Source of the DNA: an uncultured Candidatus Saccharibacteria bacterium
GTDB lineage: Bacteria; Patescibacteriota; Minisyncoccia; Phycocordibacterales; CAIRYW01
Reading direction: 5' to 3'
Length of the DNA: 64,000 bases
Assembly (NCBI GenBank): GCA_964386665.1
Contig: CAYLQP010000005.1
Coordinates: 177 to 64,176, forward strand
Position 1 is the stretch's first letter, and each line of letters opens with the position of its first letter. The notes beneath the pieces were generated by a model. It made no database searches. It worked only from the letters and a program-made list of their open reading frames with translations, and was not told where the DNA came from. Of the stretch, positions 10,603 to 21,000 are shown in pieces. Made by a program: the position numbers and the translations under genes.

Positions 10603-12822
10603 ATGAAACAAAAAACAACAAAAAACCTAAAACGTGGAACTGAACGTTCTTATCGAAAAGAGGAAGAAAAAGACAGTGGTCTTAAAAACGAAACACTTCA
10701 AAGTATCGTCGCAATACTCTTTTTTATTGGAGCATTCTTTCTTCTTATCGCATCGTTTGGTAAAGGAGGAACTCTAGGGGAAGTCTTCTTCAATTTCTTC
10801 CACAAACTCTCTGGTGTTGGGTATTATCTTATGCCAGTAAGTCTTGTTATTCTTGGAACCGCTTTCGGTAAAAACATCGCTCATCGTTTTCCTATTCTTA
10901 AGATGCTCAGTGGACTTATCTTTTTTTTGGCAGGGCTTGGTCTTATAGAAATCGCAAGTAGTGGAAACGGAGGGAGTCTTGGAACAATGATCTCAAAACC
11001 ACTCATCTATCTATTTGATGTCTATACATCAATCGCTCTGCTTTCTGCTTTCATTATTATTTCTCTTTTGATTATTTTTGACACCCACCTTAAACGAGAC
11101 TTTTTGTTCTTCTGGAAAAAGAAAGATGACTTATTCGAAGATGATGAGGATGATCTTGAAGACCTAAAAGTAAGCAGTGGTGGTGAACGAGTAAAAAAAG
11201 AATCTCTCATCAATACTGAAAAAGAGAACTTGAAAGAATCTCAGCAGAAGACTCAAAAACTTGATCCTGTTGTTGCAACCAAAAAACCTGAACCTGAAGA
11301 GGAATCATTTATCAAAGGAACCCCTATTCTTCATAACAAGACATATACCCCACCCCCTCTTTCACTTCTTGAAAACGATAAAGGAAAGCCTCAAGTAGGA
11401 GACATCAAAGCTCAAGCGAACATCATTAAACGAACTCTTCAAAACTTCGGGATTAATGTTGAGATGGATGAAGTAACCATTGGACCAACCGTCACACGTT
11501 ACACCCTTAAGCCTGCCGAAGGAGTGAAACTTTCCCGAATCGTTGGTCTTCAGGATAACCTCGCGCTCGCTCTTGCAGCTCAATCTATCCGTATCGAAGC
11601 ACCCGTTCCTGGTAAGTCTCTTGTGGGTATCGAAGTACCAAATACAGCCAAAACAACAGTTGGGCTCGGAACACTTATGGGAAGCAAGGAATTTCAAAAC
11701 TCTGACAAACCACTTCTTATGGGGATTGGAAAAAATGTTTCTGGAGAAGGAGTATTCTATGACCTTGCAAAAATGCCTCACCTTCTTATTGCAGGAACAA
11801 CTGGTTCTGGAAAGTCAGTAACCGTTCACGCTCTTCTTACCTCTCTTTTGTATCGCAACAGTCCAGATATGCTCAAGTTTATTATGGTGGATGCGAAACG
11901 CGTGGAACTTACTCTTTATAACAAGATTCCCCACCTTCTTACTCCTGTTATTACAGACGCAAAGAAAACTATCCTTGCTCTTAAATGGGCAGCAAAAGAA
12001 ATGGATCGAAGATACAACGTACTTGAAACACAGTCAGTTCGAGACATTTCTTCGTACCACAAAAACATCGTAGCACCTGCACTCAAAGCCTATAAAGGCA
12101 AAGAAGGTGAAACCGTTCCTGAAACAATGCCTTATATCGTTGTTGTGATAGATGAACTTGCAGACCTTATGCAAGCATATCCTCGTGAACTTGAAAGCTC
12201 TATCGTTCGCCTCGCCCAAATGTCTCGAGCGGTTGGAATCCACCTTGTGCTCTCAACTCAACGACCATCAGTAAATGTTATTACCGGACTTATCAAAGCA
12301 AATATTCCTACCCGAATAGCCCTTAAGGTAGGAAGTCAGATTGATTCACGAACTATTATCGACAAAGCAGGTGCTGAAAAACTTGTAGGACAAGGAGATA
12401 TGCTCTTCTCTTCTCAGGAACGTCCAGAACCTGTCCGAATCCAGTCACCATATATATCTGAAAATGAACTCAAAGGAGTAGTTAAATATATCGTTGATGC
12501 ATACAAAGACGAGATCCCTGCAACAGGTATTACTCTGGGAGACCAAGGAGGAGAAACCGAGAAGAACGCGCTTTTTGATGGAGATGCAATGCAAGATGAT
12601 GCCGATGACGACGATCTATACGAAGACGCTCGAGAAGTGGTTATTCAAGCTGGTAAAGCTTCTACTTCATACATTCAAAGAAAACTCCGGGTTGGATACT
12701 CTCGCGCAGCTCGACTTATGGATATTCTCGAAGCAAAAGGAGTGATTGGTCCAGCTGACGGATCAAAGCCTCGTGAAGTTCTTGAAGGAAAAGCTTCAGA
12801 TACTTCTGAAGAAACGGTTTAA
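10603..12822 (+). CDS. ftsK: DNA translocase FtsK/SpoIIIE
   Basis: N-terminal TM segments, an acidic linker, then the motor domain with Walker A AGTTGSGKSV and the C-terminal gamma winged helix (YIQRKLRVGYSRAARLMDILEAKGVIG). The start is placed at the in-frame ATG at 10603; the ORF track begins at 10411. Confidence 0.9.
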   Translation: MKQKTTKNLKRGTERSYRKEEEKDSGLKNETLQSIVAILFFIGAFFLLIASFGKGGTLGEVFFNFFHKLSGVGYYLMPVSLVILGTAFGKNIAHRFPILKMLSGLIFFLAGLGLIEIASSGNGGSLGTMISKPLIYLFDVYTSIALLSAFIIISLLIIFDTHLKRDFLFFWKKKDDLFEDDEDDLEDLKVSSGGERVKKESLINTEKENLKESQQKTQKLDPVVATKKPEPEEESFIKGTPILHNKTYTPPPLSLLENDKGKPQVGDIKAQANIIKRTLQNFGINVEMDEVTIGPTVTRYTLKPAEGVKLSRIVGLQDNLALALAAQSIRIEAPVPGKSLVGIEVPNTAKTTVGLGTLMGSKEFQNSDKPLLMGIGKNVSGEGVFYDLAKMPHLLIAGTTGSGKSVTVHALLTSLLYRNSPDMLKFIMVDAKRVELTLYNKIPHLLTPVITDAKKTILALKWAAKEMDRRYNVLETQSVRDISSYHKNIVAPALKAYKGKEGETVPETMPYIVVVIDELADLMQAYPRELESSIVRLAQMSRAVGIHLVLSTQRPSVNVITGLIKANIPTRIALKVGSQIDSRTIIDKAGAEKLVGQGDMLFSSQERPEPVRIQSPYISENELKGVVKYIVDAYKDEIPATGITLGDQGGETEKNALFDGDAMQDDADDDDLYEDAREVVIQAGKASTSYIQRKLRVGYSRAARLMDILEAKGVIGPADGSKPREVLEGKASDTSEETV

Positions 12823-12824
12823 TT

Positions 12825-13253
12825 ATGCAAGGGCAAATCAAGATTGAAAAAATTGCCATAGTTACCCTTCTGTCGATATTTTTGGTATATGCACTCTTTG
12901 AAAGTTACAAGATACTGCGCGGACCAGTTATCAATATTAAAAGCCCAAAACCATATGAAGAAATCAACCTTCCTTTTGTAGCGATTGAGGGTGAAACAAA
13001 GAACATCAGCCTTATCACTCTCAATGACCGGCAGATATTTATTGACGAAGATGGTGTCTTTCGCGAAAAATTGTTGCTTCCTGAAGGTTATACTATAATA
13101 GAGTTAGAAGCTTTTGACCGATTTAAAAAGAAAGTAGTCAAATCTCTATCAATCTATCGTCCATATTCTACCTCAACTCCCCTACTTGAAAAGACTTTGG
13201 ATATGATTCAGGCAACAAGCACAAGCACAAGCACAAAGAAAATTATAAATTAA
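12825..13253 (+). CDS. Hypothetical small membrane-anchored protein (142 aa)
   Basis: One N-terminal TM helix. The C-terminal STSTSTS is encoded by a caagca hexamer repeat at ~13218-13240. Sits between ftsK and recA. Confidence 0.4.
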   Translation: MQGQIKIEKIAIVTLLSIFLVYALFESYKILRGPVINIKSPKPYEEINLPFVAIEGETKNISLITLNDRQIFIDEDGVFREKLLLPEGYTIIELEAFDRFKKKVVKSLSIYRPYSTSTPLLEKTLDMIQATSTSTSTKKIIN

Positions 13254-13264
13254 TCCCAATCAAT

Positions 13265-13537
13265 ATGGTCAAGAAAAAAACAAATGAAACAAGTCTTGAT
13301 ATGATTGCACGCAATCTCGCTGCACTTCATAGTGATGTCACATCATTTCGAAGTGAAGTAACAACATTTCGAAGTGAGGTTAAAGAAGAATTTAAACAAC
13401 TAGACAAAAGAGTAAGTAAAATAGAAACGAAGCTAGATAGTGTTGCATTTAGTCATTCTCGACGACCTGATCTGCTCGAAGACGATATGGTGGTTATTAA
13501 AAACGTCCTTACTAAAAATAATTTATTAAAAAAATAA
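13265..13537 (+). CDS. Hypothetical coiled-coil protein (90 aa)
   Basis: Contains a 21-nt tandem duplication encoding [14 protein letters not shown]. Predicted coiled coil. Confidence 0.35.
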   Translation: MVKKKTNETSLDMIARNLAALHSDVTSFRSEVTTFRSEVKEEFKQLDKRVSKIETKLDSVAFSHSRRPDLLEDDMVVIKNVLTKNNLLKK

Positions 13538-13538
13538 T

Positions 13539-14609
13539 ATGGCACAAGCAAAAAAGAAAGAAAAAATTCCAAAGAAAACTGATTCGGGCATTGATGATAC
13601 TCTCCGATCAATCAAAACAAAGTTTGGAGATGATGCGATTATGAAACTAGGAGATGCACCTAAGGTAGATGTGGGTGCAATCTCAACTGGTTCTATTGGA
13701 CTTGATAGTGCTCTTGGGATAGGTGGACTTCCTCGTGGACGAATCATCGAAATCTTTGGCCCAGAATCAAGTGGTAAGACCACCCTTACTCTTCACGTTA
13801 TTGCTGAAGCTCAGAAACTTGGCGGAATATGTGCATTCATTGATGCTGAACACGCACTTGATCCAGAATACGCAAAACGAATCGGAGTAAAAACTTCAGA
13901 ACTACTTGTCTCACAACCTGACACAGGAGAACAGGCGCTTGAAATCGTTGATTCACTTGTGCGAAGCGGAAAGATTGATGTAATTGTTATTGACTCTGTC
14001 GCAGCTCTTACCCCAAAAGATGAAATCGAAGGAGATATGGGAGCACACCACGTTGGTAAACAAGCTCGCCTTATGGCACAGGGACTTCGAAAACTCACTG
14101 CCATTGTCTCAAAATCAAAAACAATGGTGATATTTATCAACCAAATCAGAATGCAGATTGGTGTGATGTTTGGAAACCCAGAAACTACTCCAGGAGGAAA
14201 GGCGCTCAAGTTCTACACATCTGTCAGGCTTGATATCCGACGAATTGCCCAAATCAAAAAAGGTGAAGAAGTGATGGGAGGGCGGGTGCGAGTAAAGGTA
14301 GTAAAAAACAAAGTCGCGGCTCCGTTTAAACAAACTGAGTTTGACTTAATGTATAACGAAGGAATCTCAAAAGAAGGCGAAATTCTTGCTCTTGGAGAAA
14401 AAATGGGGCTTATTCAAAAAAGCGGTGCAACATATAAAATGGGAGAAGAAACACTTGGACGAGGCTATGACGCAACGAGACAAGCGCTTCGAGATAACCA
14501 GAAGCTCTCAAATGATCTGCTTTCAAAGATCCGTAAGTTTATGAAAGAAGAAGGATTCTCTGTTTCCCCTACTAAAGGAGATCTAGAAGAAGAAAAACCG
14601 GAGGAGTAA
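13539..14609 (+). CDS. recA: Recombinase RecA
   Basis: [32 protein letters not shown] (Walker A) and full-length RecA similarity across 356 aa. Confidence 0.95.
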   Translation: MAQAKKKEKIPKKTDSGIDDTLRSIKTKFGDDAIMKLGDAPKVDVGAISTGSIGLDSALGIGGLPRGRIIEIFGPESSGKTTLTLHVIAEAQKLGGICAFIDAEHALDPEYAKRIGVKTSELLVSQPDTGEQALEIVDSLVRSGKIDVIVIDSVAALTPKDEIEGDMGAHHVGKQARLMAQGLRKLTAIVSKSKTMVIFINQIRMQIGVMFGNPETTPGGKALKFYTSVRLDIRRIAQIKKGEEVMGGRVRVKVVKNKVAAPFKQTEFDLMYNEGISKEGEILALGEKMGLIQKSGATYKMGEETLGRGYDATRQALRDNQKLSNDLLSKIRKFMKEEGFSVSPTKGDLEEEKPEE

Positions 14610-14646
14610 AATAAGAGATTAAAATAGTTTTTTAAAAATTAAAAAT

Positions 14647-14931
14647 ATGTTTATTTCATCAATTATTGTCTTACTAATAAATTTTATAGTCTATGGATAC
14701 TCTTCTTTTCTTTGTGCTTGGGAACCTAGTGGATTAGATTGTGTAAGGTTATTTTATTTACTTCACATAGCAATCGGTACTTGTATAAGTATAGTACTAT
14801 TAAATGAATTTAGAATTAAAAAAGATTCGCCAAAATTATTTAACCCTAAAATCAGTAGAGTACTTTACGGAATCGGTATTTTTGTTGGACTATTTCCAAT
14901 ACTATATTTTTTATTTTATTTTAATAGATAG
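14647..14931 (+). CDS. Hypothetical small membrane protein (94 aa)
   Basis: Three hydrophobic segments. Very AT-rich. Weak call. Confidence 0.3.
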   Translation: MFISSIIVLLINFIVYGYSSFLCAWEPSGLDCVRLFYLLHIAIGTCISIVLLNEFRIKKDSPKLFNPKISRVLYGIGIFVGLFPILYFLFYFNR

Positions 14932-15253
14932 AACAACGACCTAACTGTTTTAAAAAAATTTTGCAAAACGTACTTCAGGTTGTAAGACTTTGTCGCGGAA
15001 ATTTTTTATTTCTCTTGTGTGCTCCGCAATCATTTTATTTTCAATAACATCTAATCTTTTATCGACACCATCAGAACATTTATCAACTTCTGAAGGTCCT
15101 GTTTGGACTATTACTGCAAAATCTTCAATTTTCTTGTCAGTACTCTTATTTATTGAATGAATAATGCTTTAAATACCGCAAACAAATGAGACAGAGACAG
15201 CATTAGACGGTAGGACTTCATCAAGAAGCAGACAAAGGAGAAAAATTATTATA

Positions 15254-15284
15254 AAAACCACGCCTTACGGCGCGGTTTTGTTTA
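15254..15284 (-). terminator. Terminator hairpin downstream of efp
   Basis: aaccacgccttacggcgcggtt stem-loop followed by a U-run in the minus sense. Confidence 0.5.
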
Positions 15285-15318
15285 CTAAAGCCTAAAGCCT
15301 AAGCAACAAGCTTATTTC

Positions 15319-15885
15319 TTACACTCTCTCCACGTATTCTCCGGTAGTTGTGTTCACTCTGATTACATCCCCTTCGTTTACAAACATCGGAACATTGAGC
15401 GTTGCTCCAGTTTCCAAAACTACCTGCTTGTTTCCTCCTTTGGCTGTATCACCCTTCACTGCTGGATGGGCTTCGGTAACCTTCAGATCAACTTTGATTG
15501 GAAGTTCTACTCCAATAACCTTTTCGTCAAACAAGAGTGCATCAATTAGTGTATTTGGTTTTAGAAACATTCGGCCATCTCCCAAGATGTGTTCCTCGAG
15601 CTTAAATCGCTTTGAAGGATCATTTTCTTCACAGAACCACCACTCCCCTTTGTTATTATAAAGATACTTAACTGGTTTTTCTTCAATATCCGCTTCATCA
15701 ACTTTTTCTGATTGGTGGAAAGTCATTTCTTTCACACTTCCCGTGATCATATTTCGAAGCTTCGTTTTGTTCTGGGGCTTTCGTTGTTGCATTCGAAAGA
15801 TATGCGCATCAAGCACTTCGTAAGGGTCTCCATCAACAATGATATGTCGACGAACAAGGATTTCATTGTATTCGAGCATTGCCAT
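15319..15885 (-). CDS. efp: Elongation factor P
   Basis: 188 aa. Conserved EF-P N-terminal KOW-like region and the three-domain length. Confidence 0.9.
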   Translation of the reverse strand: MAMLEYNEILVRRHIIVDGDPYEVLDAHIFRMQQRKPQNKTKLRNMITGSVKEMTFHQSEKVDEADIEEKPVKYLYNNKGEWWFCEENDPSKRFKLEEHILGDGRMFLKPNTLIDALLFDEKVIGVELPIKVDLKVTEAHPAVKGDTAKGGNKQVVLETGATLNVPMFVNEGDVIRVNTTTGEYVERV

Positions 15886-15897
15886 AAAATTTAGAAT

Positions 15898-16104
15898 TTA
15901 TCTTGCAACGAAAGGCATAAGCGCCATAAATCGCGCTCGCTTAATTGCAAGTGCAAGTTTTCGTTGATTTTTAGAACATACTCCTGATTTCTTTTTTGAA
16001 AGAATTCGTCCGTGAGGATTGATAAATTTCTTCAAGATTTCTGTGTCTTTGTAATCAATAACGTCTATGTTGTTTTGCTTAAAAAAGCATTGTTTTGAAT
16101 TCAT
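15898..16104 (-). CDS. rpsR: 30S ribosomal protein S18
   Basis: 68 aa. Motifs DYKDTEILKKFI...GRILSKKKSGVCSKNQRKLALAIKRARFMALMP. Confidence 0.9.
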   Translation of the reverse strand: MNSKQCFFKQNNIDVIDYKDTEILKKFINPHGRILSKKKSGVCSKNQRKLALAIKRARFMALMPFVAR

Positions 16105-16136
16105 CTATTTTAATTAACTTTTTAATTTTTACTTGT

Positions 16137-16595
16137 TTAGAAAGGTATATCTTCAACATTGATTTCTTCATCTGGGTATTGGATCTCAGCGAAATCATCT
16201 TGTTTGTCGTTTGTCGCTGGTGATGATTCTTTATTTGCAGGTGCCGTATATCCCCCGGTTGTTCCAGTTGCTTTTGGTCCAAATTGGAAATTCTCAACGA
16301 TAATTTCTGTTCGATATTTCTTTTGACCATCCTGAGCATCCCAACTTCGAGTTTGAAGTCGTCCATCAAGGAAAAGAGGGTTTCCTTTTTTCATATACTG
16401 TCCAATGAGCTCTGCTTGTTTTCCAAATACCACAACATTGTGATATTCAACTGCCTCTTGTTTACGTCCATCTTTGTCTTTCCAAGTACGGTTAGTAGCA
16501 AGAGAAAGATTAACAACTTGAATTCCTGAAGGAAGGGCTTTCATCTCTGGATCTTTTGTAAGGTTACCGTAAAGAAACACTTTGTTCAGATACAT
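16137..16595 (-). CDS. ssb: Single-stranded DNA-binding protein
   Basis: OB-fold N-terminus (LNKVFLYGNLTKDPE...), Gly-rich linker, acidic C-terminal tail ending DIPF. Confidence 0.9.
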   Translation of the reverse strand: MYLNKVFLYGNLTKDPEMKALPSGIQVVNLSLATNRTWKDKDGRKQEAVEYHNVVVFGKQAELIGQYMKKGNPLFLDGRLQTRSWDAQDGQKKYRTEIIVENFQFGPKATGTTGGYTAPANKESSPATNDKQDDFAEIQYPDEEINVEDIPF

Positions 16596-16657
16596 ATATT
16601 TGAGTGATTAGCTATTAGTAAGTTACTCTAGTAAGAAACTAGAACTATGCACACAAA

Positions 16658-17155
16658 TTATACCACCAAATCGTCAATTGTCTTGTCGAGCTCTTCTGGT
16701 GTAAGCTTTTCCTTTTCTTCTTCTTTTACTGCTTCTGGAGCTACTTCATCTTCTTTTTTGAACGCACCTTTCATTTGTTCTTTGGTAGCAAATTTTGCTC
16801 CATGGAGTGTATTCTCACGTACAGTCTTCACTACAATAGAACGAAGCACGTTTTCAAGTTTTTCAACTTCAGCAGCAACAGTTGCAACTTGTTCAGTCAC
16901 TACTTCAAACTTAATCCACCCGAAATACGCTTCTTTAAATACTCTCTTTGTGCCCTTGATCACCTTTGAAAGTGGGTATGCAAGAGACACTAACCTTGGA
17001 AAGTCTTCTGATACCACTTCTGCTTTGGAAGTATCCAAAACATCGCGGATCAAAGAGACCTCGTGAGAAAGATTGTCCTCTCCCACAATCGGAGCGATAT
17101 GAAAGCCTACTTCATAGACCTTTGAATCCTCCTTGGTTTCTTGTGTTTTTGTCAT
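16658..17155 (-). CDS. rpsF: 30S ribosomal protein S6
   Basis: YEVGFHIAPIV... S6 fold with an acidic C-terminal extension. Canonical rpsF-ssb-rpsR order. Confidence 0.88.
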   Translation of the reverse strand: MTKTQETKEDSKVYEVGFHIAPIVGEDNLSHEVSLIRDVLDTSKAEVVSEDFPRLVSLAYPLSKVIKGTKRVFKEAYFGWIKFEVVTEQVATVAAEVEKLENVLRSIVVKTVRENTLHGAKFATKEQMKGAFKKEDEVAPEAVKEEEKEKLTPEELDKTIDDLVV

Positions 17156-17240
17156 TTATATTTGTTTATAATTAATAATGCACCTCTTTTAAGGCGCTTG
17201 GTTACTCTAACATAAAGCCGAGAAAAAGTGAAGAGTGCCT

Positions 17241-18029
17241 TCATTCCCAACTCCAAAGGGACTTTGAATTCTGCAAAAGGACTTTTGACACTTGTTCAAA
17301 AGAGATATTCTTGATTTCTGCCATTTTTTTGATTACCTCCATAACATACACAGGCTCACACCGCTTCCCTCTGTAAGGCACTGGTGCCACATAAGGACTA
17401 TCTGTTTCTGACAAAAGTCTTTCAAGAGGTGTAGCCTCAATAAGTTCTTTGTATTGATCGGCAAAGGTTATTACCCCTGTAAAAGAAATATGAAACCCAA
17501 GATCCAAAAAGTCCTTGAGGTCTTCCAAACTTCCTGCAAAAAAATGTGCCTCGCCTTTGCAAGCACCATACTCTTTTAAGACCTTTAATGATTCTTGGTA
17601 CGCGTTTAGACCATTTCCACTTCGCATATGAAGCATAAGAGGAAGATCAAGTTCAAGCGCAAGTTCGATCTGTGCCCGAAATGCTTTTTCTTGCACTTCT
17701 TTTGTTTCAGGACCTACTCGATAAAAATCGAACCCACACTCACCTATTCCGATACATCGATTGTTTTTTGCAAGCTCTCTATAATAGTCTTTATCGAAAA
17801 CTTCTTCCTCTGTATGCACTGGATGCAATCCAACAATAGACCACAAGTTGTCTTGTGCTTGTCCTAGTTCAACTGCTTTATAAGAATTCTCCTTCTTTGT
17901 TCCTACAACAAGAGCTCCTACATTGTTTTCTTTCATACGAAAGTAGACGTCTTCTCTATCAGAATCGAAGTCGTCAAAATTAAGATGTGCGTGGTTATCG
18001 ATGTATATAATGTTTTCTTCTTTACTCAT
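17241..18029 (-). CDS. tatD: TatD-family metal-dependent hydrolase (DNase)
   Basis: IDNHAHLNFDDF N-terminal metal-binding motif; TIM-barrel TatD similarity throughout. The start is placed at the internal Met (MSKEENIIYID...). Confidence 0.85.
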   Translation of the reverse strand: MSKEENIIYIDNHAHLNFDDFDSDREDVYFRMKENNVGALVVGTKKENSYKAVELGQAQDNLWSIVGLHPVHTEEEVFDKDYYRELAKNNRCIGIGECGFDFYRVGPETKEVQEKAFRAQIELALELDLPLMLHMRSGNGLNAYQESLKVLKEYGACKGEAHFFAGSLEDLKDFLDLGFHISFTGVITFADQYKELIEATPLERLLSETDSPYVAPVPYRGKRCEPVYVMEVIKKMAEIKNISFEQVSKVLLQNSKSLWSWE

Positions 18030-18049
18030 ATTTTGTAATTTTATTATAA

Positions 18050-18093
18050 GCATAGAGCCAGTTTTTTGCTAGCGCAAAAAACTGGCTCTATGC
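18050..18093. terminator. Perfect 44-nt palindromic hairpin
   Basis: gcatagagccagttttttgctagcgcaaaaaactggctctatgc, downstream of tatD. Confidence 0.6.
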
Positions 18094-18104
18094 AACATTG
18101 ACGA

Positions 18105-18120
18105 CTCTCTCTCTCTCTCT
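18105..18120. repeat. (CT)8 dinucleotide microsatellite
   Basis: ctctctctctctctct immediately after the palindromic terminator. Confidence 0.9.
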
Positions 18121-18422
18121 GTTTGATAGTTTAAGAAAGTAGATCAAACAACCAATCTTTATGCGCCGACAATTTCGAGATGTTGAGATAGGAGGAAGGT
18201 TCTGTTTACTTCATTGTTCATTTAACAAATATAGACTTGTTCCATCAGCACACACGTTTGTATTTATACGAACGGAGACAACGCCAGGTAAGACAAATTG
18301 TTTGTCTGTGTTAACAAAGACACCTGGGCCACTTATTGAGCCTACTGAGCCAGTAGCGCTTAAATAAATCCTCTTTACTTCCTTTCTTTTTTGCCACAAC
18401 TTAACCTTGAGTTAGTGGTTTT

Positions 18423-19865
18423 TTATTTCCTCAAAAAAAGTGGAGTTTCAGGCATTTTGTTTGCTTTGATACATTCTTTGATTTTTCTTGAAGTTTCAGG
18501 CAACAGTGGACTAAGCATTCGTCCTATTGTATAAAGCTTTTTGATTAATTCTTCCAAGATTTTGAGTGCCTCATTCTTGTCTGTTTTGATTAGTCTAAAC
18601 GGTTCCTTTGTTTGAATGATGCTATCAAGTTCCCCAATGTGTCGCCAAACAAGATCTGCAAGCGCCTTGAAATCAAAAGTTTCTGCGATTTGCCAGTACT
18701 CATCTGGAATAGTATTTTCTTCAATAGTGACAGGCTTCTCTAGATGAGTCTCTGCCATCTTCATAATACGGCTTGTTAAGTTCCCTATTCCATTCGCAAG
18801 ATTCGCATTATAACTTTCAAGAAGTTTTTCTTTTGACACCGCAGTGTCTTCAAACGGATGAAATTCTCGAAGCACAAAATACCGAAGCGCATCTGTTCCG
18901 TATTCTTCTATAATTTCAAGTGGATCAATTGTATTACCAAGTGTCTTTGACATCTTCACCCCTCCTTCTCCAAGGATAAATCCGTTTACGATGATCTGGC
19001 GTGTAAGTGGTAAATCAGCCGCCATAAGCATCGCCTGCCACATCACCCCTTGAAATCGAGTGTTATCTTTGCCACAGTATTGCGTCGGAGTACCATTTAC
19101 CCAATATGTTTCAAAATCTCCATCTGTTTTAGGCCACCCAAGTGTTGAAATATAATTTGTCAGTGCATCAAACCACACATACATCACGTGCTCATCATCG
19201 TTTGGTACTGGAACACCCCAAGACATTTTGCTCTTGAGGCGAGAAATCGAGAAATCCTCAAGCCCTCGTTTGATAAACTCTCGCATCTCATTCATTCTAA
19301 AAGAAGGAACAATGAAGTTTGGGTTTTCTTCGTAATATTTCAAAAGTTTTTCACCAAAGGCCGAAAATGTAAAAAAGTAATTTTCTTCTTGTATTAATTC
19401 AGGAACCCGATTATGTTCTGGGCATTTCCCATCAACAAGCTCACTTTCTGTTCTTTCTCGTTCACATCCAACACAATATTTGGCCGTGTAATTTTTCTTG
19501 TAAATAAATCCATTCTTTTCACAGCGTCGCCAAAACTCCCCCGCCGCTTTTATATGATGTTCATCGGTCGTTCGAATCAGATGAAGTCCCTCCGCTTCTT
19601 CTAATACTCCAAACTTTTTTAATGTTTCTTTAAAAAGATTGGCATAAAAATCAGTGTATTCTTGTGGCGTTTGACTTACCTTTTGTGCTGATTCAAAAAT
19701 CTTTGCTCCGTGTTCATCTGTCCCTGTATTAAAAAAGACGTCACATCCTTGAAGTTTTTTGATACGCGCGAGAGTATCGGCACGGACAATTTCAGTTGCA
19801 TGTCCCAAATGAAGTGGTGCATTTACATACGGAAGTGTAGTTGTAAGATAGAAAGCTTTTGACAT
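18423..19865 (-). CDS. metG: Methionine--tRNA ligase (short form)
   Basis: HIGH-type motif PYVNAPLHLGHA near the N-terminus; KMSKT (KMSKS) motif; 480 aa. Confidence 0.93.
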   Translation of the reverse strand: MSKAFYLTTTLPYVNAPLHLGHATEIVRADTLARIKKLQGCDVFFNTGTDEHGAKIFESAQKVSQTPQEYTDFYANLFKETLKKFGVLEEAEGLHLIRTTDEHHIKAAGEFWRRCEKNGFIYKKNYTAKYCVGCERERTESELVDGKCPEHNRVPELIQEENYFFTFSAFGEKLLKYYEENPNFIVPSFRMNEMREFIKRGLEDFSISRLKSKMSWGVPVPNDDEHVMYVWFDALTNYISTLGWPKTDGDFETYWVNGTPTQYCGKDNTRFQGVMWQAMLMAADLPLTRQIIVNGFILGEGGVKMSKTLGNTIDPLEIIEEYGTDALRYFVLREFHPFEDTAVSKEKLLESYNANLANGIGNLTSRIMKMAETHLEKPVTIEENTIPDEYWQIAETFDFKALADLVWRHIGELDSIIQTKEPFRLIKTDKNEALKILEELIKKLYTIGRMLSPLLPETSRKIKECIKANKMPETPLFLRK

Positions 19866-19880
19866 AAATGAAACTCAATC

Positions 19881-20957
19881 TTAAGATGTTAAACTTCGTT
19901 CTCCTGCTTTTTTGCGATCCATATCATCAAGAAACTCAACAAGAAGTACTGATGCAGGAACCGAAAGAATAATACCAAGAAGACCTGCGAGCTTACCCCC
20001 AACAACAAGTGCCAAGATTACCAGAAGTGGTGAAATCCCAACAATCTTTTTTACTACGAGTGGATAGAATAAGTGATTTTCAAATTGTTGCACAAGAAGG
20101 TACCAAAGAAACACCCCTCCCGCTCCCATAATCCCTCGATCAAGAAGAGTAAGAATAACAGCTGGAATCGCCGCAAGTACAGGACCGAACACAGGGATAA
20201 GTTCCAAAAATGCTGCCAAAAATCCAAGCAAAAGCGCGTGCTTGACCCCCCCAAGAAGAAGTCCGATGTATACCATCAGTCCTACAAGGACTGCGAGAAG
20301 AAGTTGCCCTTGCATCCATGAGCCAATCTTTTCTTTGGTTCTTTTCCAAAGCCCAAGAACATATTTTTCGTATCGAAGTGGTGTAACGATTTTCAAAAAA
20401 CTCCCCACTCCATCTTCAGTCACCGAAAAATAAAACGACAGTACAACAATCAGGAGAACATTAAACAAGTTGTTTGCAATGAGCCCTACGTTTGAAAGCA
20501 CATTTCCAGAAACATTTGAAATACCTGTATGGACAGTATTTAGAAATGATGGATTACTCACACTCGCTGCTATTTCTGTTACAAGTGGAACATATCCCTG
20601 CAAAATACTTTCATCAAGAAGCGGAACAACTTGGTTTACCTGTGAAAGATAGTTAGGAATATTGGCAATTACCCCTGACATTTCAGAAAGCAAAATTGGT
20701 ATAATCGAAACAAAGACACTAAACAAAAGCATTGCTACGACTGCATAAATAAGCACAACTGCAAACACTCGTGGAATCTTTTTTTCAATAAAAAACCGAA
20801 CTCCTGGTTCAATAGCAGAAGAGATTACAATAGCGGTAAGTACAACAAGAACAATATCCTTCAAGATAAAAAGTAACCAGAACAAAAGTCCAAAGACAAA
20901 CACCCGCAATATGGTTGAAGAAGAAATGTTAATATATGAGTCTTTACTATCTGGCAT
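19881..20957 (-). CDS. AI-2E family transporter (UPF0118 / PerM-like permease)
   Basis: 358 aa, ~8 TM helices, with the characteristic AI-2E topology and length. Confidence 0.75.
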   Translation of the reverse strand: MPDSKDSYINISSSTILRVFVFGLLFWLLFILKDIVLVVLTAIVISSAIEPGVRFFIEKKIPRVFAVVLIYAVVAMLLFSVFVSIIPILLSEMSGVIANIPNYLSQVNQVVPLLDESILQGYVPLVTEIAASVSNPSFLNTVHTGISNVSGNVLSNVGLIANNLFNVLLIVVLSFYFSVTEDGVGSFLKIVTPLRYEKYVLGLWKRTKEKIGSWMQGQLLLAVLVGLMVYIGLLLGGVKHALLLGFLAAFLELIPVFGPVLAAIPAVILTLLDRGIMGAGGVFLWYLLVQQFENHLFYPLVVKKIVGISPLLVILALVVGGKLAGLLGIILSVPASVLLVEFLDDMDRKKAGERSLTS

Positions 20958-21000
20958 ATAGGCTAGTATATCCTAAAAGCCCTTTTCTATCCAATACCCC

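Noticed and set aside
13811-14209. 132-aa minus-strand ORF
   Set aside because: Antisense to recA.
16079-16369. 96-aa minus-strand ORF
   Set aside because: Alternative frame overlapping ssb; low-complexity translation.
18161-18399. 68-aa (+) and 62-aa (-) ORFs
   Set aside because: Mutually overlapping on opposite strands; no features and no RBS. Treated as non-coding.
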